Under the pieces are notes generated by a model. The model made no database searches. It saw only the letters and a list, made by a program, of their open reading frames with translations, and was not told where the DNA came from. Below are positions 1 to 10,401 of a DNA stretch of 23,793 bases, piece after piece; the first letter of the stretch is position 1, and every line of letters starts with the position of its first letter. The DNA is taken from NCBI GenBank assembly GCA_046758505.1, contig JBHIAH010000038.1, positions 1 to 23,793 of the forward strand, read 5' to 3'. Made by a program: the position numbers and the translations under genes. Source of the stretch: Candidatus Methylomirabilales bacterium. Lineage in GTDB: Bacteria; Methylomirabilota; Methylomirabilia; Methylomirabilales; CSP1-5.

Positions 1-114
1 TTATGTCTCCCCGTCCCCCCGCGGGAGGGGCCGTGAAGGCGCCGGCTGCGGCCGGCGCTGGAAGCCGGGGGCGGAAGGGCTGAGCTGGGTAGGCAACGAG
101 GAGAGGGGCGCAGA

Positions 115-372
115 ATGGAGCGATGGCGCTTTTACTGGCAAATGACGGAGAGCTGGGATCGATTTGAGGTGGCCGGTGCCGGGGTGGCCCGGCCCGAGCA
201 GGAAATTCCGGAAGGCGCCATGGGGATTGAGTGTTCTGGGGGAAAGGAGGAGTCAATTTGGCTCTACCGGGCGGTCCGGGCCCAGCTCACCGGGCGGAAC
301 TTTGCCTCTCTAGAGGAGGCGTCTCAGGCGGTCCGTTGTCTTTTAAGCGAGCTGCAGTGCCCGGGCGGCTAG
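115..372 (+). CDS. hypothetical protein (85 aa)
   Basis: ATG preceded by purine-rich GAGGAGAGGGG; protein-like composition; no family motif recognised. Its TAG stop lies in the CTAG at the left end of the MITE-like element. Confidence 0.6.
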   Translation: MERWRFYWQMTESWDRFEVAGAGVARPEQEIPEGAMGIECSGGKEESIWLYRAVRAQLTGRNFASLEEASQAVRCLLSELQCPGG

Positions 373-616
373 TGCCCCTCCAACTACTGAGCGATGACCG
401 TTGACCGACGAAGCGGTTCACGGTTCAGGGTTCATGGTTGATGGTTTAAGAATGGGAATCTGGGTTCTTGCTATGAACCATGAACTATGAACCATGAACT
501 GGGTCATCGGCTAATGGTCGTCGGTCCACACTGAGTACCGGGGGGGTCTGCCCCCCTAGCGGACGTGCCGCACCAGAGATGAATGTGTTAGTGGGAAATA
601 GTTGGTGCGGCACTAG
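369..616. mobile_element. MITE-like non-autonomous element with 18-bp imperfect terminal inverted repeats ending in CTAG
   Basis: 369-386 CTAGTGCCCCTCCAACTA matches the reverse complement of 599-616 (CTAGTGCCGCACCAACTA) at 16/18. An internal partial copy GTGCCGCACCA (565-575) pairs perfectly with 603-613. The interior has no ORF and is palindromic. Confidence 0.55.
392..526. repeat. 7-nt periodic inverted-repeat hairpin
   Basis: GGTTCAC-GGTTCAG-GGTTCAT-GGTTGAT (415-442) faces ATGAACC-ATGAACT-ATGAACC-ATGAACT (473-500). Outer arms GATGACC-GTTGACC-GACG (393-410) face GGTCATC-GGCTAAT-GGTCGTC-GGTC (502-526). Confidence 0.8.
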
Positions 617-879
617 GAGATCTCCTCGATTGCATTTTCGGACAACGTAGCCATGTCTGGCAGCCGCCAGTTGCGGGTGCGCCTCTTGCCTTTCACAGGG
701 GTGATACAGCGCAGGAGACGGCTGACCTGGGTTCCCACACCCAGGGGCAAATGATCGAAGCGTTGCGGAATATGTCCATCGGGTTTGGTACGGTCCGCGC
801 CTGGTTGGTTGCCGCGGAACGGGAAGTATTGAATCCTACGAGGTATTCACTTATTCGACCCGAAGGGAGGCAGCTATCC

Positions 880-1605
880 ATGACCAAGCCAAACTGGAGG
901 AACCTGGCAAAGGCATTGCGTGAGGCACTGGGATTACATGTCCCGCCATTAGCCATTGCCTTTTCGAAGGAAGCCCCAGAGGGAGTGGAGCCATACGAGG
1001 CGACCATACCGGAGCCCTCCCGGGATGGGCGGACGGGGAAGGTCTCTGCCGGATGCGTATTCTGGATGCACGGGGTAGAGGGCTCTTTTACCACGCTCCC
1101 CGAGGACCACTTCAATTGCAGCGTAGGGAGTGTGACCCACGGACTGAAAAAGTTGGACGAGGTGATGAACAATGAGGATGTCAAATGTTTGGTGGAATCA
1201 GAGTGGGTGTCTTTTGAGGAAGCGAAGCAGCTTCCCGTTGTGAAGGAGCGGCACAGTTACATCACCTATGCGCCATTAGCCCAGACACCCATGGATCCCG
1301 ATGTAATCCTCTTGCGGATCAACGCCTTTCAGGCCATGGTGATCCACGACACCTTGAGCGATATCGTTTTCGTGGGGAAGCCGCAATGCCACATCATTCC
1401 CATCGCGAAGGAACAGAACAGGGTCGCCATGAGCACCGGCTGCATGCTCAGCCGGGTTCGGACGGGTATGTCGCCGGATGAGATGACCTGTACGATTCCA
1501 GCGCGGAGATTGGGAGAGGTGGTCGAGCAGCTGAGAGCCAGGCGCACGGCGAATTCTGCGGTGGCTTCCTACGCAAGCCAGGACGGGGGCCGCTTCGCCG
1601 GATGA
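880..1605 (+). CDS. DUF169 family protein (Cys-rich, putative metal/Fe-S binding)
   Basis: Start moved to ATG 880 (RBS GGGAGG 865-870). Motifs PLAIAF, AGCVFW, HFNCSVG, DPDVILL, PQC and STGCMLSR fit DUF169. Confidence 0.75.
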   Translation: MTKPNWRNLAKALREALGLHVPPLAIAFSKEAPEGVEPYEATIPEPSRDGRTGKVSAGCVFWMHGVEGSFTTLPEDHFNCSVGSVTHGLKKLDEVMNNEDVKCLVESEWVSFEEAKQLPVVKERHSYITYAPLAQTPMDPDVILLRINAFQAMVIHDTLSDIVFVGKPQCHIIPIAKEQNRVAMSTGCMLSRVRTGMSPDEMTCTIPARRLGEVVEQLRARRTANSAVASYASQDGGRFAG

Positions 1606-1699
1606 TGACAAGCACCAGCACGCATCTCTCGGAAATTAAAGAAGAGTGCGCTGACCGACAGGGGATTGCGCAGGGTGAGGAATTCAAGCAGGGAAAGAT

Positions 1700-3541
1700 A
1701 TGGAAGAGATTAATCCAAACCTAAGAACACCTCTTGAGGAACTTTCCAAACATGAACACGCCAAGCTTGCCTCAAACGGGATGCGAGGAAATCTGCTCCC
1801 GGATTTCCGGGATACCTCCGTCGCCGATCTTGCCTGGGAGTCTCAACAGCTCGCCAAATCCCACGGCGTCTACCTCGAATGGAACCGGGCCAAGACCGGC
1901 AGAGAAAAAGACTGGATGTACATGATCCGGATCAGTGTTCCCGGCGGAGGTCCCACGACGCAGGAGCAGTGGATGGTCTTCGACGAGTTATCCGAGCGGT
2001 TTACCGTCGCCCCTGACGGCAATCCGTCCTTGCGCGTGACCACCAGGCAGAACATCCAATTCCATTGGGTGAAGAAGGAGCATGTGATTGAGGTTGTAGG
2101 GGGGATTGCCGAGTCCGGCTTTTACAGCCTGAACGGCTGCGGAGACAATGTGCGGAACGTCATGGGATGTCCGCTTTCCCGCTTCTCAAAGATCTATGAC
2201 GCCAATGCCTGGGCGCAGAAGGCTGGCAGATATTTCCGGCTGCCCACGGCGGCGTTCATTGAAATTTTCGCCATAGACCCGAACTACCTCCGCGATCCGG
2301 AGGAGCGATTCCAGTACGGCCCGAATTTGTTGAACCGAAAATTCAAGATCGCCTTTTCGGCGGTTCACTTCGATGAGGAAGAGGGGGTGTACGCTCCGGA
2401 TAATTGTGTGGAGCTCCGCACGAACGACGTCGGAGTGGCGCCGATTGTGGAAGAGGGCACGGTCACGCGGTTCCAGGTGTATCTCGGGGGGAGCCAGGGG
2501 GAGAGGAACGGCAAGCCCACGTTTTCTGCATTGGGAGAACCCTTTGGTATTGTCAGGGAAGGCGAATTATTGAAAATTCTGGATGGGATTGTGCAGGTGC
2601 ATCAGGAATGGGGGGACCGGCAGAACCGGCACTGGGCGCGCTTGAAATATGTCGTTGTAAAACAGGGCATGGACTGGTTCCGAGAGCAAGTTCACCGTGT
2701 CAGCGGATGCGATTTTGAACTGCCCGACCCCGATCAGGATTACGGGAACAGGAACCTGCATCACGGGTGGATGGTGCAGCCTTCCAATGGCCAGCTGTGT
2801 TACGGCGCCTTCATTGAGAACGGGCGGATCATCGATGGCCCAAATGGGAGGCTGAAAGCCATGGTCCGCTATGTGATGCTGAAATATCCCGTTCAGCTTA
2901 TGACGACTCCTAATCAAGATCTCTTGTTTACGAATATCCCGCCAGACGCCAAGTCGGAGTTTGAGCCTTACCTGAGAAGTTTCGGGTACGGCATGCGGCA
3001 CGGAAGACCCTACTCGCGGCTCCGAGTGCTCTCCGGTGCCTGTGTGGGAAGAGACACCTGCCAGCTGACCTATACCGATTCGGAGAGATTCGAGCCGTAT
3101 CTGATTGACGAACTCGAACAAAAATGGGGGGAGATGGCCGAGGCGATCGGGGTTACCGGGTGTGAGCGGCAATGTTTTCGCCCCGCCACAAAGACCATCG
3201 GCTGGGTGGGCATGGGGCTCAACCGATACCAGCTCAAACTGGGCGGAACCGAGGACGGCAGACATCAGGGCGGGCCATTGAGTGATCGAGAGACGGGTGA
3301 AATGTATCTCCGGAGTGTCCCCCGGGAAGAGGTGGCCACGGTGACCGATGCGCTTTTCGAATTCTATACGGCGAATAGGTTACCCGGAGAAGGGATGGGA
3401 TATTTTCATCATCGGATCGGCGCGGAGTTGATCATTAAGCACCTGAAAGAGAATCCGAGGACGGCTCACCTGATGAAGACACCCTATAAGGGCCCTCGAA
3501 GCCGGCAGGGGGATGGACGTGGAGACCAAGATTCGAAGTGA
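1700..3541 (+). CDS. cysI: siroheme-[4Fe-4S] sulfite/nitrite reductase hemoprotein (CysI/Sir-like)
   Basis: Motifs R-VTTRQNIQFH, GCGDNVRNVMGCP, RKFKIA, R-NR-ARLKY, ACVGRDTC (Cx5C) and GCERQC (Cx3C cluster/siroheme ligands). Confidence 0.85.
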   Translation: MEEINPNLRTPLEELSKHEHAKLASNGMRGNLLPDFRDTSVADLAWESQQLAKSHGVYLEWNRAKTGREKDWMYMIRISVPGGGPTTQEQWMVFDELSERFTVAPDGNPSLRVTTRQNIQFHWVKKEHVIEVVGGIAESGFYSLNGCGDNVRNVMGCPLSRFSKIYDANAWAQKAGRYFRLPTAAFIEIFAIDPNYLRDPEERFQYGPNLLNRKFKIAFSAVHFDEEEGVYAPDNCVELRTNDVGVAPIVEEGTVTRFQVYLGGSQGERNGKPTFSALGEPFGIVREGELLKILDGIVQVHQEWGDRQNRHWARLKYVVVKQGMDWFREQVHRVSGCDFELPDPDQDYGNRNLHHGWMVQPSNGQLCYGAFIENGRIIDGPNGRLKAMVRYVMLKYPVQLMTTPNQDLLFTNIPPDAKSEFEPYLRSFGYGMRHGRPYSRLRVLSGACVGRDTCQLTYTDSERFEPYLIDELEQKWGEMAEAIGVTGCERQCFRPATKTIGWVGMGLNRYQLKLGGTEDGRHQGGPLSDRETGEMYLRSVPREEVATVTDALFEFYTANRLPGEGMGYFHHRIGAELIIKHLKENPRTAHLMKTPYKGPRSRQGDGRGDQDSK

Positions 3542-3937
3542 TTGACAGAGTGGGGCGAGGCCCGGACGGATGAGTGCCCTGCGTAGGGCGAGTGGATACA
3601 TCGAATGGGCCGCTTCAGCCGAGAGGAGCCGGCACCCTACGTCTCGCCAAGGCGGAACGCCTCTGCGCCATCCGGGCCCTGAGATGTGCGCAGCGAAAGA
3701 AGGGGCCGGCGCGTAAGATCCAGCGGCGGTCACATCCAGATGTGACCGGGGAGAAACTCCCTGCCCCCCCAAAATTCCCTGCTTTTCAGCGGGAGTGCTT
3801 TCCCCCTCGCACCTCCCTCCAGGTTGCCTGATTGCTGAAGGGCTGGGATGTTAGGAGGTGCAGCCGAGATTCCGGGCTCCCCGAGACCGACTGGCACGGC
3901 CTTTGCCCTGCCCTAAATACGAAGACGAGAGCGTGAC

Positions 3938-4318
3938 ATGCTGGATATCCTGCTTTGCACGAGCAATCCGTCGCTGAAACAGGCCCTGGAGCACGCCTGC
4001 ACCGGCGAGCCGTACCGGGTGAAGGTCTGCGAGCGGGGGATGGAGGTCCTCCAGGCCCTGTCGGTCCTCACGGTCGATCTCGTCATGATCGACGGAGGGG
4101 CCCCGGGATGTGGGTCCCCCTTTCTGCTCGAGGCGATGCAGCGCATCGCACCCGGACTGCCGGTCCTCGTGCTCGCCACAGGTGCCCTGGAGAGCGACGG
4201 AGATTTCCGTCGGTATGGCCTCGTCCCTCTTGCCATCAGCGTGGAGGCTCCTGAGACGCTTCGGGGCGTCATCCAGCAGGGGGTGGGATCCATCGTCAGA
4301 CAGAGGGATTGCGAGTGA
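3938..4318 (+). CDS. single-domain response-regulator-like (atypical receiver) protein
   Basis: Receiver-like pattern ILL...G-EVL-AL...VDLVMID...LL-AMQR..PGLPVLVLA. The beta1 acidic pair and the KP motif are absent. Confidence 0.65.
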   Translation: MLDILLCTSNPSLKQALEHACTGEPYRVKVCERGMEVLQALSVLTVDLVMIDGGAPGCGSPFLLEAMQRIAPGLPVLVLATGALESDGDFRRYGLVPLAISVEAPETLRGVIQQGVGSIVRQRDCE

Positions 4319-4338
4319 TACAATCGGGGGTGGTCGTG

Positions 4339-4641
4339 ATGACGATCGTCCGTTATGATCCCCACGGGAAGCCGAGGAATCGATATCCCCGAGAGATTGT
4401 TTCGCCGCCGTCTCCCAGCGCGTGTTGTCTCCAGCAGATGAAGCGGACGGGAAGAATGGAGCGCGGGGAGGGGGGATGGCCGTACTTCTACAAGCGCTGT
4501 CAGGTCTGCGGATACACGGTCCGGGAATTTCTTGGATATGGTGAGCTGGCAAGGCTTGTGCTGCGGAGAGGGCGCAGAGGCGGGGAGAGTTTGCGGGGAA
4601 TCAACTGGCGCGCGTGGATCGCGCGGGTCTTTGCCGAGTGA
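4339..4641 (+). CDS. small Cys-rich hypothetical protein, probable zinc ribbon (CC...CxxC)
   Basis: SACC and YKRCQVCGYTVR motifs; G-rich RBS at 4326-4333; follows the receiver gene by 20 nt. Confidence 0.65.
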   Translation: MTIVRYDPHGKPRNRYPREIVSPPSPSACCLQQMKRTGRMERGEGGWPYFYKRCQVCGYTVREFLGYGELARLVLRRGRRGGESLRGINWRAWIARVFAE

Positions 4642-4800
4642 CGGGGGTGCGCCCGCTCAGCCTGGCTGAGCCAAGCGCGCTGACGCCGATCGCCCGGCCC
4701 GGATCGACAAGGCTTCCCGGCATCGAGCCGTCCTCTCTCAGGGCGTAGGGTGGCAAGAGTGGATTCGCATGGGGATGGGCGTTCACGGAGGGAGGGGTAG

Positions 4801-5073
4801 ATGACGTATATTATTGCGGAACCGTGTATTGGCGTGAAAGACCGGGCGTGCGTGGATGTCTGCCCTGTGGAGTGCATCTATGAGGACGAAGAGCAGCTCT
4901 ACATCCATCCCGAGGAGTGTATTGATTGTGGGGCATGTGAGCCGGAGTGTCCAGTGACGGCGATCTTTGAGGAAAGCGCGGTGCCGGAGCAGTGGAAGAG
5001 TTACATAGAGAAAAATGCGCAGTTCTTTCGCGACAATCCCGGTGTCTCGCCGGCTCCGGGAAGGGGGAAGTAA
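4801..5073 (+). CDS. fdxA: ferredoxin, 7Fe ([3Fe-4S]+[4Fe-4S]) FdxA type
   Basis: [18 protein letters not shown] and [12 protein letters not shown] motifs; RBS GGAGGG. Confidence 0.92.
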   Translation: MTYIIAEPCIGVKDRACVDVCPVECIYEDEEQLYIHPEECIDCGACEPECPVTAIFEESAVPEQWKSYIEKNAQFFRDNPGVSPAPGRGK

Positions 5074-5127
5074 GCTCCCTGGGGGAGAATTGCCTGGAGC
5101 AGACGAGTTCGGAGGGGTAGGGGGAAC

Positions 5128-6168
5128 ATGGTCACCCAAGAAGCAGTCCTCGCTGCGTTGCGGACGGTTCAGGACCCGGAACTGCACCGGGATCTGGTCA
5201 CCCTCGGGATGGTGAAAGGGATCCACGTGGAGGGCGGGGCCGTGGCGGTCACGGTGGAGCTCACGACGCCGGCCTGCCCGCTCAGGGAGCAGGTGGAGCA
5301 AGAGACGAGAGCGGCGGTGGCGGCGGTGCCGGGGGTCGAGGCGGTGACGGTCCATCTGACGGCCGTGGTCCGCAAGCCGGCTGGCGCCCAGCCGATTCCG
5401 GGGGTGAAGCACATCCTGGCCGTGGGGAGTGGCAAGGGAGGGGTAGGCAAGTCGACGGTAACGGTCCACCTCGCCGTGGCATTGGCAGAGACTGGAGCCA
5501 ATGTTGGACTTTTAGATTCAGATATTTACGGCCCAAGCATTCCGTTGATGATGGGGGTGCAAGGGCAACCCCAGGTCGTGGGGAAACGGATGATCCCCCC
5601 GGTAAGCCACGGAGTCAAGTTGATGTCGCTCGGCTTTCTCTTACCGGATCAGACGGCCCCCGTCGTGTGGCGGGGCCCCATGGTCGCCCAGGCGGTCAAG
5701 CAGATGCTCATGGAGGTGGAGTGGGGAGAGCTGGACTATCTGTTGGCGGATCTCCCGCCGGGGACCGGAGATGCATCACTGACGCTGGCCCAGGCGATTC
5801 CCCTGTCGGGGGCGGTGGTGGTGATGACCCCACAGGAGGTGGCCGTCCAGATTGCGACCAAGACATTGAACATGTTTCAGACTTTGAAGGTGCCGATCTT
5901 GGGGATCATCGAGAACATGAGCTATCTCCTCTGCCCCCACTGCACCCAGCCGGTCGAGCTCTTCGGCCACGGCGGGGGGCGCAAGGCCAGCGAGCGCCTC
6001 GAGGTCCCCTTCCTCGGGGAGATTCCGCTGGACCCGGAGTTGCGCCGGGGGGCCGATATGGGGCGGCCTATTCTTGTCGAGCGGCCTGACTCGCCCGTAG
6101 CAGCCGTCTTCCGTCAGGTGGCGGCCAATCTGGCGGGGCGGGTGAGCGTGGAGGCGTTGACAGGATGA
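5128..6168 (+). CDS. mrp: Mrp/NBP35/ApbC Fe-S cluster carrier ATPase with N-terminal DUF59 domain
   Basis: DPEL...TTPACP (DUF59); GKGGVGKST; DSDIYGPS; WRGPM; DLPPGTGD; ENMS...CPHC. Confidence 0.93.
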   Translation: MVTQEAVLAALRTVQDPELHRDLVTLGMVKGIHVEGGAVAVTVELTTPACPLREQVEQETRAAVAAVPGVEAVTVHLTAVVRKPAGAQPIPGVKHILAVGSGKGGVGKSTVTVHLAVALAETGANVGLLDSDIYGPSIPLMMGVQGQPQVVGKRMIPPVSHGVKLMSLGFLLPDQTAPVVWRGPMVAQAVKQMLMEVEWGELDYLLADLPPGTGDASLTLAQAIPLSGAVVVMTPQEVAVQIATKTLNMFQTLKVPILGIIENMSYLLCPHCTQPVELFGHGGGRKASERLEVPFLGEIPLDPELRRGADMGRPILVERPDSPVAAVFRQVAANLAGRVSVEALTG

Positions 6169-6518
6169 TTTCAGTCTCAGAGAGGAGGGAACCTCAGGTG
6201 TTGACCGTTACCGAAGCAGCCGCAGCAAAGCTGAAAGACCTGATGGCGCAGGACGGGATCGAGGGGCAGGGGCTGCGCGTCCGGGTGATGGGAGGCGGCT
6301 GCTCCGGCTACCAGTATCAGATGGCCTTTGACAGCCCCCGGGAGGGTGACCAGGTCATCGAGCAGGAGGGGGTCAAGGTGGTCATCGACCCCAAGAGTCT
6401 GCTCTTCCTCACCGGCGCAGAGATCGACTTTCACGATGGGCTGACCGGGGCCGGCTTCGCCATCAAGAACCCGAACGCCACGGGCTCCTGCGGCTGCGGG
6501 CAGTCGTTCCAGGCCTGA
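6165..6518 (+). CDS. erpA: A-type Fe-S carrier protein (ErpA/IscA/HesB family)
   Basis: GGGCSGYQY and NPNATGSCGCGQSF motifs; ATGA overlap with mrp. Confidence 0.9.
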   Translation: MISVSERREPQVLTVTEAAAAKLKDLMAQDGIEGQGLRVRVMGGGCSGYQYQMAFDSPREGDQVIEQEGVKVVIDPKSLLFLTGAEIDFHDGLTGAGFAIKNPNATGSCGCGQSFQA

Positions 6519-6649
6519 GACCAAGGCCCCCGATTGCCGTAGACTCATTCCGTCAAGCGGGTGGAGCTTTCTGGCGTCCCGAGAAAGTCCTCGGGTCCTT
6601 CCCGGGCCGCTACCGGCTTCAAACCCGCGCCATGAGGGGCAGCTGCGCA

Positions 6650-6679
6650 TTGACAGGTCGAGGTGCTGCATGGTATCAT
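6650..6679 (+). promoter_or_regulatory. sigma70-type promoter upstream of sufB
   Basis: TTGACA (6650-6655), 18-nt spacer ending TGG (extended -10), TATCAT (6674-6679). Confidence 0.6.
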
Positions 6680-6812
6680 CAATACCGTTAGCCACGTCCC
6701 CCCAGTCCTCCAGGCCCAATCCCCGGAGTCAGAGCGGAATTATGCGTCAGGAGAACGAATCACACGCATCGAAGGTGCGAGCAACGGATAACAGCCTCGA
6801 AAGGGAGAATCC

Positions 6813-8255
<1,443 letters not shown>

Positions 8256-8287
8256 CCGGTGTGAACCACTCATCAAAAGGACGGACC

Positions 8288-9061
8288 ATGCTTGAAATTA
8301 GGAACCTGCACGCCAACGTGGGCGGTCACGAAATCCTCAAAGGCGTCGACTTGCGGGTGAAGGCCGGCGAGGTCCACTCGATCATGGGTCCCAACGGCTC
8401 GGGCAAGAGCACGCTGGCACAGGTGCTTGCGGGCCGGGAGACCTATGAGGTCACCGCCGGGGAGGTCATCTACGACGGAAAGAACCTCCTGGAGATGGCA
8501 CCCGAGGAGCGCGCCTGCGAGGGGGTCTTCATGGCCTTCCAGTACCCGGTTGAGATTCCGGGCGTCGGCAGCGCGCAGTTCCTTAAGGCCGCGCTCAACG
8601 CCGTCCGCAAGCACCGGGGCCTCGAGGAGCTGGATGCCATGGAGTTCCTTGCCCTGGTCAAGCAGCGCATCAAGGCCCTGGGGATGGATGAAAGACTGCT
8701 CCACCGGTCGGTCAACGAGGGCTTCTCTGGAGGTGAGAAGAAACGGAACGAGATCTTTCAGATGGCGCTCCTCGAGCCGAGGCTCTGCGTCATGGACGAG
8801 ACCGACTCTGGCCTGGATATCGATGCCCTGAAAGTCGTTGCTAACGGGGTCAACGCCCTGCGCAGCCCCGAGCGCGCGATCATCGTCGTCACCCACTACC
8901 AGCGGCTGCTCAACTACATCATCCCCGACAGCGTTCACGTCTTGGTGGACGGTCGGATCGTCAAGTCGGGCGGGAAGGAGCTGGCCCTGGAGCTCGAGGA
9001 GAAGGGGTACGCCTGGGTCGAAGAGGGGGTTGGTGCTGCGTCGCAGGCGGAGGGCCGGTGA
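8288..9061 (+). CDS. sufC: Fe-S cluster assembly ATPase SufC
   Basis: Start moved to ATG 8288 (RBS AAAGGA). Motifs GPNGSGKST, AFQYPVEIPGV, NEGFSGGEKKR, DETDSGLDIDAL, THYQRLL. Confidence 0.97.
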   Translation: MLEIRNLHANVGGHEILKGVDLRVKAGEVHSIMGPNGSGKSTLAQVLAGRETYEVTAGEVIYDGKNLLEMAPEERACEGVFMAFQYPVEIPGVGSAQFLKAALNAVRKHRGLEELDAMEFLALVKQRIKALGMDERLLHRSVNEGFSGGEKKRNEIFQMALLEPRLCVMDETDSGLDIDALKVVANGVNALRSPERAIIVVTHYQRLLNYIIPDSVHVLVDGRIVKSGGKELALELEEKGYAWVEEGVGAASQAEGR

Positions 9062-10401
9062 TCACCGTGACACAAGAGACAAATCACTACCTCGAAAGCT
9101 TCGCGCGGTTCGAAAAGGCCACCGCGGGCAATGGGCAGGGGTGGCTGCGTCCGGTCCGCCAGGCGGCCATCGCCCGCTTCGCTGCTTTAGGCTTCCCGAG
9201 CACCCGTGATGAGGATTGGCGGTTTACCAACGTGGCACCGCTCGCCCAGATTGCCTTCAAACCCCCCGGAGAGTCTGGTATCGAGTTGGCTCCGCGAGAA
9301 CTGGAGCAATTCAGAATCCCGGGCTTGACGGGGATCCACCTCATCTTTGTGAACGGTCGGTACGCACCCGCTCTCTCGTCTTCCGGGTCACCAGGCCGCG
9401 GGGTCTCGGTCCGCAGTCTCGCGGAGGCCTTCCGGGATGATCGAGATGTCCTCGAGCAGCACCTGGCCCGCTCTGCCGACGGTGGTCATGACGCCTTTGC
9501 GGCCCTGAATACCGCCTTCATGGAAGATGGCGCGTTTGTGCATGTGTCGCGGGGAACGGTGGTCGCTGAACCCATTTGCCTCTTGTACGTGTCGACGCCA
9601 ACGAACGACCCGATCGTCACCCATCCGCGCAATGTGATCCTCCTCGACGAAGACTGCCAGGCGGTCATTGTCGAGGACTATGTGTCGCTGGGGGCCGAGG
9701 TTTATTTCTCGAACGTGCTGACGGAAGTGGTGGTCGGCCAGAGCAGCGTACTGAGCCACTACCTGATCGAGCGGGAGAGCCAGCAGGCGTTCAACATCTC
9801 GACCCTCCGGGTGGAGCAGGGGCGCAGCAGTACCGTCGTGTCCCACACGGTCCTGGTTGGCGGCGGCCTGGTCCGGAACAATGTGCACCCGGTCCTGGCT
9901 GGCGAAGGGGGCGATTGTCTGATCAACGGCCTGTTCATGGGGACCGGCCGGCAGCACATGGATAACTTTATGCGGGTCGAACACGCCAGTCCACATTGCG
10001 ACAGCCGGCAGTTCTACCAGGGGATTCTCGATGGCTGCTCGCATGGCGTGTTCAGTGGCCGGATCATCGTCCACAAGGATGCCCAGAAGACCGATGCCAA
10101 GCAGACCAACAAGAACCTGCTCCTCTCCCAGGAGGCGCAGATCGACACCAAGCCGCAGCTCGAGATCTATGCCGACGATGTGAAATGCACCCATGGGGCG
10201 ACCATCGGGCAGATCGACGAGGACGCGATCTTTTACCTGCGTTCCCGTGGCATCCGGGCGGATGCCGCCCGGGCGCTGCTGCTCTTCGCCTTTGCCAACG
10301 AGAGTCTGGAACGCATGAAGGTCGAACCGATCCGCGATTACCTCGCGACACTGGTGGCGCAATGGTTGCCCGAGGGAAGACTTTTGGAGGAAGCACGATG
10401 A
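9058..10401 (+). CDS. sufD: Fe-S cluster assembly protein SufD
   Basis: [52 protein letters not shown] overlap with sufC. Confidence 0.95.
   Translation: MITVTQETNHYLESFARFEKATAGNGQGWLRPVRQAAIARFAALGFPSTRDEDWRFTNVAPLAQIAFKPPGESGIELAPRELEQFRIPGLTGIHLIFVNGRYAPALSSSGSPGRGVSVRSLAEAFRDDRDVLEQHLARSADGGHDAFAALNTAFMEDGAFVHVSRGTVVAEPICLLYVSTPTNDPIVTHPRNVILLDEDCQAVIVEDYVSLGAEVYFSNVLTEVVVGQSSVLSHYLIERESQQAFNISTLRVEQGRSSTVVSHTVLVGGGLVRNNVHPVLAGEGGDCLINGLFMGTGRQHMDNFMRVEHASPHCDSRQFYQGILDGCSHGVFSGRIIVHKDAQKTDAKQTNKNLLLSQEAQIDTKPQLEIYADDVKCTHGATIGQIDEDAIFYLRSRGIRADAARALLLFAFANESLERMKVEPIRDYLATLVAQWLPEGRLLEEAR

Noticed and set aside
34..58. TGA followed by GCGCCGGC-TGCG-GCCGGCGC hairpin at the window start
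   Set aside because: The upstream frame is cut off by the window edge, so it cannot be assigned as SECIS or terminator.
473..500. Tandem repeats as a possible CRISPR array
   Set aside because: Units are 7 nt with no spacers, and there are no cas genes.
617..879. SAM riboswitch or Rrf2 operator upstream of the sulfur genes
   Set aside because: No SAM-I core motifs and no convincing palindrome; the ORF extension 751-879 lacks a good RBS.
4639..4680. UGA followed by hairpin GCTCAGC-CTG-GCTGAGC as a possible further Sec site
   Set aside because: Read-through gives low-complexity Arg/Ser/Gly sequence with no redox-motif context; more likely an ordinary stop plus stem-loop.
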